This document shows positions 10,898-18,904 of a DNA stretch of 18,904 nt, one piece after another. Each line of letters begins with the position of its first letter. Positions within the stretch are counted from its first letter, which is position 1. The DNA is taken from positions 1 to 18,904 of the forward strand of contig NW_021824388.1 in the NCBI RefSeq assembly GCF_006345805.1, in the 5' to 3' direction. This stretch comes from Octopus sinensis. Its lineage: Eukaryota. The position numbers and the translations under genes are program-made. The notes under the pieces are model-generated. The model was not told where the DNA came from, did not search any database, and saw nothing but the letters and a program-made list of their open reading frames with translations.

Positions 10898-11205
10898 CAG
10901 ACAGATATATAGATAGATGGATACACAGACGTGCGCATTTGAATACATTTAGTTATAATGCCAAGAAGAAAAGTTATAATCTCCTGGAGACAGAAATCTC
11001 TTGGAAATGTCGAAGTTGAGATATCTAAATGGAATCTAAGTCTGTCAAATCCATTACATAAATAAATAATATACATACACATATACATACATACTAGCAT
11101 ATATATACGCATGCATGCTTACATATTTACACACATATAACACACATAAAGTAGCTATCTGTAAATCTATCTTACTATCTAGATAATAATAATAATAATA
11201 ATAAC

Positions 11206-11237
<32 letters not shown>

Positions 11238-11339
11238 GGGTGTGTGTGTGTATGTATATAATACATTTATCAGGAATATATTCCATTCGCATTTAGTAAC
11301 TTTTTCTCCTTCTTCCATAATTAAACAACTTTCTGATAC

Positions 11340-11366
11340 GTTATGTGATATCACATGGCAAGGCAT

Positions 11367-11397
<31 letters not shown>

Positions 11398-11560
11398 GTA
11401 TAGAACGATAAATATATCATGAAATGCACTAAGTCATGATGCTTTTCTGATATTGCATGTGAGATATAATATACAACGTGAAATATAATTACGCATGAGA
11501 TATGATATGATACGTCATAGATATAGGACACATGATATATGATATAATACAATATTTTAT
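11340..11560. repeat. Degenerate (GATAT/ATATC)-type low-complexity tract with (TA)n
   Basis: 'gagatatgatatgatacgtcatagatataggacacatgatatatgatataatacaatat'. Confidence 0.55.
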
Positions 11561-11578
11561 ATGATTAGGCTCGTCGAA

Positions 11579-11790
11579 AGGGGGCGAGCTGGCAGAATCG
11601 TATGCGCGTCTAGCAAAATGCTTGGGGTATTTCATCCGCCTACGTTTTTTGAGTTCAAATTCCGCCGAGGTCGACTTTGCCTTTCATCTTCCCGGAGTCG
11701 ATAAAATAAGAACCAGTTGAAGAGTGGGGTCTATGTGATCCATTAACACCTCCCATATAATAGCTGGCCTTGTGCCAAAATTCGAAAACA
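11579..11790 (+). mobile_element. Full-length tRNA-derived SINE family B
   Basis: 5' 'ggggcgagctggcagaatcg' (A-box-like), B box 'gagttcaaattcc', body 'gccgaggtcgactttgcctttcatc', (ATT)n tail. Confidence 0.88.
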
Positions 11791-11816
11791 TTATCATTAT
11801 TATTATTATTACTATT

Positions 11817-12052
11817 CATGGGGTGCACGAAAGTTTTACATCCGGATTCAATGTCCTTGATACCGGATCACAACCAGTTTCCTTAGATATTGAGGACCTT
11901 TCTTACAATCCTTGCTATCTCCAATAAAGCAGATTTCTGAATCAGTGCATCTCTCGTAGTTACAGCAATATCAATAAAAGAGCTGTTAATTCTGTTATTG
12001 GCGGTACCCAAGGCACCTATAACAACTGGGACTATTTTTGTAAAATCACCTA
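11817..12052 (-). mobile_element. Second R4/Dong-like LINE 3' end (diverged from 2027-2389)
   Basis: Minus frame TKIVPVVIGALGT...LIQKSALLEIARIVRKVLNI* (stop at 11883-11885); a short 3' UTR runs into (TAA)n. Confidence 0.8.
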
Positions 12053-12149
12053 GTGAATATATTGTGCTGCTTTATCATGTCTGTTGAGATATTGTGTAGG
12101 CGCAAGAAGACTGCAAATGGAGACAAAATAATCAATGGTTTCATTTTGT

Positions 12150-12268
12150 CGTTCGAAATTTCCCCAAGATACCCGATGAAGGCTGAAGGGTATATCAGCC
12201 TAAACGTTGTGTTAACAACAAACAAGATGAGAACAAATACCCGTCAAATATAAATAATGTAAATAACG
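12150..12268 (+). mobile_element. Probable Penelope-like terminal-repeat remnant with degenerate hammerhead core
   Basis: CCGATGA-A-GGCTGA...TCAGCC-TAAACGTT at 12173-12208: a perfect 6-bp stem II with single changes in CTGATGA and GAAA. Confidence 0.55.
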
Positions 12269-12420
12269 TACGATTGAAATTAATTTAACTAATATTTTTA
12301 TGAGTAAAATACATTATTTCCCCATTCGTAAGTTAATAATACTACATACTCATTAATATATCACCACAGCAATTTATGATATTAAATTACCGGAGGCTAA
12401 TATAAACTTAAATTTCACTA

Positions 12421-12490
12421 AATAGTGCTATTGTGTTACTCATGGCCTTGACTGATAATGGCCGAAACCAATCTAAGTTATCTAAGTTAC
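12421..12490 (+). mobile_element. Very short 3' tip of the CR1-group LINE also seen at 17475-17839
   Basis: 'catggccttgactgataatggccgaaaccaatctaagttatctaagtt' aligns with minus-strand 'catggcctggaccaatctttggtcgaaacacatc...tatctaagttt'. Confidence 0.6.
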
Positions 12491-12722
12491 ATATATATGT
12501 ATGTATTTGTGTGTTTGTGTGTGTTTGTACCCCACAATCGCTCGACAAACAATGTTGGTGTGTTTACGTCTCCGTAACCTAGCGGTTCGGCAAGAGCGAC
12601 CGATAGAATAAATACTAGGATTACAAAGTATTAGTCCTGGTGTCGAGTTGTTCGACTAAAGGCGGTGCTCCAGCATGGCCACTGTCAAATGACTGAATGA
12701 AGTAAGAGAATAAAACAATAAA
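12491..12722 (+). mobile_element. SINE family A, 3' half
   Basis: 'ggtgtgtttacgtctccgtaacctagcggttcggcaag...cgactaaaggcggtgctccagcatggcc' matches 5285-5470. Confidence 0.88.
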
Positions 12723-12729
12723 AAGTATT

Positions 12730-13018
12730 ATGTATGTGTGAGCGAGAGTATAGACACGTGTATATGTGTGTGCATTTGTGTGTATGTGTGCAAGTGCGTT
12801 TGTGTGACTCTTCGTGTGTTCATGTGTGTGTATGCCTTTGTACATGTTTATGTGTGTGTGTGTGTGTGTGTGTGCCTCTGAGCTTTGTGAGTGTGCCGCT
12901 GTGTTTGTCTGGGTGCTTGTGAGTGTGTGTGCATGTAAATTGTACATGCTTTTGTGTGTATATGTGTGTGCATGCGTGCGTGCGTGTGTGTGTGTGTGTG
13001 CGCGTGCGCCTTTGTGTG
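12730..13018. repeat. Degenerate (TG)n tract
   Basis: Directly visible. Confidence 0.9.
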
Positions 13019-13242
13019 ACTTTACGTTCGTGTTTATATCGTGACATCGGCACAACAGACTTATGTGTGCAGCGAACAAAAGCCAGTGTAGTACCCGAGA
13101 ATCGATCTTGCGATTGCGAGACAAAGAGACAAAGGAGGTACAGAGGTAGAATTGTAAGTTGTAGCGGAGTAGGGACAGGCACATAGGTGGAGGTAGGTGA
13201 CACAGGAAGGGGGGCACAGCCGGAAAGACATCACAAAAATCT

Positions 13243-13338
13243 ATAAATAAAAAATAACTAAATAAATAACTAAATGAATAAATAAATAGATAAATCTATA
13301 AATAAATAAATAAATAAATAAATTAGGTAAATTAATTA
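13243..13338. repeat. (TAAA)n tract
   Basis: Directly visible. Confidence 0.9.
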
Positions 13339-13507
13339 AGTCCCAACTTGTGTCTTTGTGTCCAGAAAATAGATTTACTGAGGCATTTTGCTATCATGTT
13401 TACATAAAGTGGACAGGAAAGCAGCATCAGTTTTCGGGCAATTGTAGATACATGTATATCTACCCCACCTATAATGTATGCACTTGTATACTTTACATAT
13501 ACATAGC

Positions 13508-13862
13508 TGTTTGTGTGTGTGTGTGTGTGCGTGTGTGTGTGTGTATGTGCGTGTATGCATCTATATATGTATGCATATATATATACATATATATATTATA
13601 TATATATATATAATATATATATATATATATGTATATATATATGTATATATGTATATATATGTATATATATATATATATATATTATATTATATATATATAA
13701 TATATATGCATGTATGTATATCAAGTACGTATAATTTTATATATTCATGTACACATGAATGTAATTATTATATGCATGTGTGTGTATTTGAGTGTGTATT
13801 TATACAAAGAAGGGTGTGACGGAAAGAGAGAGAAAGAGAGAGAGAGAGAGAGAAGAGTGAGA
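13508..13862. repeat. Compound (TG)n/(TA)n/(GA)n tract
   Basis: Directly visible. Confidence 0.88.
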
Positions 13863-14190
13863 AGTATATTGATGACTTGGTGGTGGTGGTAGGAGTTACA
13901 TAAGTAATTCAACTTTTGGCCAGAGGCAGACTGTTAGGTGGGAGGATAAGAACGAAAGAGAGAGGAGGAGCAAGAGGAGGAGGTACTGTTAGGATGATAT
14001 CCTTTTGCTTGGTTATGGCGTACTGGCCAATTGTTGTTGTTGTTGTTGCTGTTGGTGGTGGTGGTATTTTTACTGAGTGGTACTAATGTGTGTATTTTAA
14101 GTATATGTACTACACACACGCACACACACGTACACACTAACATACACACACATAAATACATTCATACAAATATGCATATATGTATATATG

Positions 14191-14356
14191 TAAATAGGAA
14201 ACAGACTAGCGCGTTTCGTAGCTATATTTTCAAATAGATAATCATATAAATCAATTCGATAAAACAAAATCTTTTTCACTTGAATGTTTAATAGAGGATA
14301 TCTCTAAATTTTATACATATATAGCTGGCATATATATACATGTATATAACAGACAT
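14191..14356 (+). repeat. Left arm of long inverted repeat (partner 14707-14881)
   Basis: By-eye alignment to the reverse complement of 14707-14881 gives 1 substitution and 9 deleted bases. Confidence 0.93.
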
Positions 14357-14415
14357 ATATGTATGCATATATGCTGATATGTATGTGTCTACACGCACGT
14401 ACACACACATGTATA

Positions 14416-14706
14416 AAGTTGCGTGGCTCAGTGGTTAGGGTATTCGGCTCATGATCGTGAGCTTCGGAGTTCGATTCCTGGTGGCGCGTTGTCTACTTGT
14501 GCTAGACAGTTTATATCAAGCTGTTCCAGTTTGAGCCAGCAGAAATGAGTTGTACCTTGTCACATCCTGTGTAGCCTTGTCACATTCTGTTACATGCTGA
14601 ACTACGTTACGTTAAGAGTACGCATGTCTGCGGAGTGCTCGGCCACTTGCACGTTAATGTACGAATTTACGAGCCAATTGGAATTTTCGTCGTCGTAACC
14701 GACGAA
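14416..14706 (+). mobile_element. tRNA-derived SINE, family C (copy 2)
   Basis: A box 'tggctcagtgg', B box 'gttcgattcc', body homologous to 1161-1460, and a terminal hairpin tttcgtcg/cgacgaaa. Confidence 0.8.
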
Positions 14707-14881
14707 ATGTCTGTTATATACATGTATATATATGCCAGCTATATATGTATAAAATTTAGAGATAATCCTCTATTAAACAATTCAATAGTGAAAGAAGATT
14801 TTGTTTTAATCGAATTGATTTTATTATGATTATCTATTTGAAAATATAGCTACGAAACGCGCGTAGTCTGTTTACTATTTA
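14707..14881 (-). repeat. Right arm of long inverted repeat (partner 14191-14356)
   Basis: Reverse complement of the left arm. Confidence 0.93.
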
Positions 14882-15015
14882 TTGTTTATGTACTCTATTG
14901 ATTTTTAAATTAATGTTTTCTATAGTATATCTAACTTTTTCTATATGGTATGAATAACGTCTTTCACTATTGAATTGTTTAATAGAGGTTTTTCCCTAAA
15001 TTTTATACATATATA
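14740..15015. mobile_element. AT-rich element with 55-bp terminal inverted repeats (MITE-like, or Penelope-type inverted end)
   Basis: 14740-14794 versus the reverse complement of 14961-15015 shows 3 mismatches; both ends lie in TATATA. Confidence 0.6.
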
Positions 15016-15076
15016 TTGTGAAATTTTATTTAGAATTGCTAAATTGAATTTTTCCCTGTAAGTTTGGAATTATATT

Positions 15077-15141
<65 letters not shown>

Positions 15142-15168
15142 TTATTATCATTATTATTATTATTATAA
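15077..15168. repeat. (CTA)n then (TTA)n microsatellite
   Basis: Directly visible. Confidence 0.95.
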
Positions 15169-15205
15169 ACAATAATAATGTTATTATGTTATATATATAT
15201 ATATA

Positions 15206-15419
15206 CTTTTATTCTTTGATTTGTTTCAGTCATTTGACTGCAGCCATACTGGAGCACCACCTTTAGTCGACACCAGGACTTATTCTTTGTAAGCCCAATA
15301 CTTATATTCTATCGGTATCTTTTGCTGAACCGTTAAGTCATGGGGACGTAAACACACCAGCATCGGTTGTCAAGAGATATTGGGGGCACAAACACAGACA
15401 CACAAGCTTATATATATAC

Positions 15420-15451
<32 letters not shown>

Positions 15452-15594
15452 ATGTGTGTGTGTGTGTGTGTACGACGAGCTTCTTTCAGTTTCCGTCTAT
15501 CAAATCCACTCACCAAGCTTTGGTCGGCCCGTGGCTATAGAAGTAGACACTTGCCCAAGATGCCACGTAGTGGGGCTGAACCCGGAGCCATGTG
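15206..15594 (-). mobile_element. SINE family A, near full length, lacking the A-box end
   Basis: Reverse complement of about 5110-5470, including the internal microsatellite. Confidence 0.9.
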
Positions 15595-15829
15595 TCTTAC
15601 TTGCCTTATTCTTTTGTATGTATGTGTACATTTCACTCTCTCTCTCTCTTCTCTTTTTCATGATTTCGTTATTCTCTTCTTTAAGTCTAGTTTTTCAAAC
15701 AGTGAGACCTGCATTACATTGTATTGCGCAATAATTGTCCAAGTCACTGACCACAAATATACGTGTGAGACAATTTCTAATTTTGTATTATATCAAACAA
15801 TAGCTAGTTTCGTCTACTAGCCTATAAAT

Positions 15830-16026
15830 ACATAATACATACATATTTACATACATATATATGGATGTGTTGTGTTAAAGATATGTATATATACACACAC
15901 ACCCACATACGCATATGTATATATTTGAATATACAGACATCACGAAAGTAAATATACAACCTTATATATATGAATGCATATATGCGCGTATATATGTGTC
16001 TATCTATCTATCTATCTATCTATCTA

Positions 16027-16073
<47 letters not shown>

Positions 16074-16295
16074 ATATGTGGTTGGTCGTAGTCTTCGCGT
16101 GTGCGGGCTTTCCATCTCGAACACGAGTTAGCAGCCATTATGTATGTATGTATGTATGTATGTATGTGTGGTGTGTGTATGTATGTATGTATGTATGTGT
16201 GTGTGTATGTATGTATGTATGTATGTATGTGTGTGTGTGTATGTGTGTATGTATGTATGTATGTATGTGTGTATGTATGTATGTATGTATGTATA
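15830..16295. repeat. (TA)/(TCTA)n/(TATG)n tracts
   Basis: Directly visible. Confidence 0.88.
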
Positions 16296-16357
16296 ATTTT
16301 ATCTCTCTCTTTTTATATACACAGACACATAGGATAGGATTTGTGGTGAAGTCTCTC

Positions 16358-16428
16358 GTATATCGACTGGCGGTGGCTCAGCATGGGTTCAGCTTTTGGG
16401 CTGAATCATATAAAAGATTAAAAAGAAT
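16358..16428 (+). mobile_element. Decayed 3' tip of SINE family A
   Basis: 'cgactggcggtggctcagcatggg...ctgaatcatataaaaga' resembles 'cgactaaaggcggtgctccagcatggcc...ctgaaacaagtaaaaga'. Confidence 0.5.
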
Positions 16429-16600
16429 AATATATATATATATATATATATGTATATGAAGATATAGTATATTACTATATACATAGATACACATACGTAC
16501 ATATATACATATGTACTCACACACGCATGCACATCTATGCACATACATAAAATATATATACATATGTATGTGTGTGTATGTGTGTGTATGTATGTGTGTG

Positions 16601-16658
<58 letters not shown>

Positions 16659-16824
16659 GTGTGTGTAGGTTTGTGCGCGTCCTGTTGTGTGAGTCTATCG
16701 TTGTTTTCATCCTTGAACGAAACTAAATTTAGATGTGAATTCGTCAACGCTGGACATGATTCAACATATTTTGTGCAACTCCCGTATGTTATGTCTCTCG
16801 CCCTCTCCCCATCTCCCATTTTCT

Positions 16825-16868
<44 letters not shown>

Positions 16869-17030
16869 CACAAACACAAACACACACAAACACACACAAA
16901 CACACACACATACATATACCTCCCACACATCTATATGTGATATATTTGTGTAGTTGAATGTATGTCTGAAGTATATACATACATACATATATATGTAAAT
17001 ACTCGCATGTATATATATATATATATATGC
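16429..17030. repeat. (TA)n, (TG)n and opposing (CA)n tracts around a ~150-bp unique spacer
   Basis: Directly visible. Confidence 0.88.
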
Positions 17031-17033
17031 TTA

Positions 17034-17363
17034 GTAGCAGGCATTGCTGTGTGGTAAGAATTTTGCTTCCCAACCGAATGGTTCCGAGTTCAGTCCCAAT
17101 ATGTGGCACCTTGGGCAAGTTTCTACTACTATAGCCTGGAGCCGACCAAAGCCCCGTGAGCATGTATTTGTTTGTCTCCTGTCACCGTTTGACAACCGGT
17201 GGTGGTTCGTTTACGTCCCTGTAAGGGAGAGGTTCTGCAAAATTGACGGATAGAATAAGTACCAGGCTTAAAAGAGGTACGTCCTGGGGCCGATTCCCTC
17301 AACTAAAAACCCTTCAACCCGGTGCTCCAGTATGACCGCAGACTGATGACTGAAACAAGTAAA
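17034..17363 (+). mobile_element. SINE family A, diverged copy with central deletion
   Basis: 'ctgtgtggtaag...caccttgggcaag...gaccaaagcc' joined almost directly to 'tttgacaaccggtggtgg...ggtgctccagtatgaccgcag...gactgaaacaagtaaa'. Confidence 0.85.
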
Positions 17364-17474
17364 CAAAACACACACACACATATAATTATGTGTGTGTGTT
17401 TGTATGTGTAAGTGTGTGTGTGTGTGCATGAGTGTGCGTGTGTGAGTGTGAGTGTATATATATATATATATATA

Positions 17475-17839
17475 AACTTAGATAAAACGGAGATGTGTTT
17501 CGACCAAAGATTGGTCCAGGCCATGTCTAACTAAGTTAGCCCCACTTGATAGGATTATCTAAATCCTTTTTAAGACAGGTTTTGTGGTATCATGGTCCAT
17601 TCAAGTAGTGAGTTCTTGTTGAGTGAGTTGTATCCATGTATGGGTGGCTTATCCGGTATTCCTTGGAGAAATCTGTCCAGACTCCGTTTAAAGGTGATGG
17701 GATCCTTTTCTTTTTTCAGAACAATGTTAAACAGGGCAGGGCCTGTTGAGGAAAAGAAATAATGTTGCAGTGTACCTATATATTGTGACCCTGAAATGGG
17801 CAGGGGACGTATGACCCGTGGACCCAGCCTTGGATGAAT
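17475..17839 (-). mobile_element. 5'-truncated CR1-group LINE 3' end (ORF2 C-terminus plus 3' UTR)
   Basis: Minus frame 17839-17570 is open: IHPRLGPR...FFSSTGPALFNIV..ITFKRSLDRFLQGIPDKP..NSLLEW..*, typical of CR1/L2-group ORF2 tails (FK..LD.FL..IPD.P). Confidence 0.8.
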
Positions 17840-17854
17840 ATATATTATCTATTA

Positions 17855-17907
17855 TCTTTTACTTGTTTCAGTCAAGTCATTAGGGCGCGACTTTGCTGGG
17901 GCACCAC
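17855..17907 (-). mobile_element. SINE family A 3' tip
   Basis: 'tcttttacttgtttcagtca...tgctggggcacc' is the reverse complement of the family A tail. Confidence 0.65.
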
Positions 17908-17938
<31 letters not shown>

Positions 17939-17990
17939 TGTATGTATGTATGTATGTATGTATCTATCTATCTATCTAGCTAGCTATCTA
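17908..17990. repeat. (TATG)n(TATC)n microsatellite
   Basis: Directly visible. Confidence 0.95.
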
Positions 17991-17994
17991 TATT

Positions 17995-18875
17995 CTTCGG
18001 ATAAAAACTGGTTTTTCTGGCATTTGGGATCAGCTTTTCTTATAAAATTGAGTCAGTTAATTCTGTTGTGCATAATTAACTTCTGTTTTGGGTGCTTTGC
18101 AATGTTTTTTATTATTAGCTTGTTACGAAATTCATCACCTTTATTGTTTAATCTTTGGTACTTCCATTCTAATATTGGTCAGTTTTCTTGTTGTTTTTCA
18201 TATCCTGTTGCTAGTTTTTTTTTTTGTGGGGGCGCAGAATTATTATCTTCCATTGGCCAACCTATTCATCATTTTGCTTTTTTGTGCTTGTTGTCTATTC
18301 GCAAATTTCATAAGCTTATTTGTTGGGGCTAAAAGTTATCGTATATCTTGCTTATTAATTACGTCATTCATATCCTGTTTGGCTAAAGTTGTTCTATAAT
18401 TATATCTATAAATCTTTATTTAGTATCTGGAGTCGCTAAATATTCTACTGATATGCTCTTTGCAATGTTCAGTTTTTATTAGTCTGCCTATGGATTACAT
18501 CATCTACATCCTGTCTTGTTAAAGCAGCCAGTCTTACAACCGCAAATTATAAATTTATTTTTGAGATCGCTTTAATGCTGTTAAAGACGTCACCTCCAAT
18601 TGCTTTTCCTCATGTCGGCTCTGCTGTAGCTTATCTGTACATCATCTTCACGCTCTTTCCGTGTGTCATTTTTTTCAGTACTATTTATTGTTTCTGATTG
18701 GCCAGCTCAGAAGCACTAATCTCTCTGCTTCTTTATTGTGCAATCGCATTCTGATTTCTGAAGCTGTTGCCAGCTTTCTTAAGATTGTTTATTAAATCTT
18801 ATTCATTGGTTGGTTCTGTAATTGTCATCTTTAACTATTTTGTTTAACAGCTGATATATCTTATCTGATGTCACT
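17995..18875 (-). pseudogene. Possible heavily decayed transposable-element ORF (R4/Dong-like N-terminal region, tentative)
   Basis: About 900 bp free of microsatellites, strongly A-rich on the minus strand, with peptide scraps SELANQKQ, ICGCKTGCFNKTGCR and GQWKII. Many stops and frameshifts. Confidence 0.3.
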
Positions 18876-18904
18876 GTATATAAGTAATAATATATTAAAT
18901 TATA

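Larger units (their letters stand above)
9225..10920. repeat. Large interrupted (GATA)n/(GACA)n/(GGAT)n/(GGTA)n array
   Basis: Directly visible; interrupted by two related insertions and a (TA)n tract. Confidence 0.95.

Noticed and set aside
9225-10920. CRISPR-like repeat/spacer array
   Set aside because: The repeats are 4-bp microsatellites with irregular retroelement inserts; eukaryotic context and no cas genes.
12443-12470. 'ctgataatggccgaaac' as a hammerhead core
   Set aside because: It aligns with the 3' UTR tip of the CR1-group LINE at 17475-17545 and lacks proper stems.
14416-14485. tRNA gene (A and B boxes present)
   Set aside because: No convincing cloverleaf or acceptor stem; it continues into a SINE body shared with 1161-1460.
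17910-18399. Hydrophobic plus-strand ORFs as membrane proteins
   Set aside because: The hydrophobicity reflects the T-rich antisense of an A-rich decayed sequence; one ORF starts inside (TATG)n.

Overview
This is an AT-rich, non-coding eukaryotic window dominated by microsatellites ((TA)n, (TG)n, (GATA)n, (TTA)n, (CTA)n, (TATG)n) and decayed transposable elements. The SINE families and repeat density suggest a cephalopod (Octopus-like) intron or intergenic region; this is inference from recalled family features, not a database result. No intact protein-coding gene is supportable, and nearly all ORFs in the track are translated simple repeats. Recognisable content: three tRNA-derived SINE families in multiple copies, two R4/Dong-like LINE 3' ends next to (TTA)n, two copies of a probable non-LTR 3' end inside a (GATA)n array, a CR1-group LINE 3' end, a Tc1 (DD34E) transposase pseudogene with an 89-bp internal duplication, two degenerate Penelope-type hammerhead-like motifs, and a nested inverted-repeat structure at 14.2-15.0 kb. 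I did not find a convincing new multi-gene system. The most interesting signals are microsatellite-associated retroelements and the fold-back structure.
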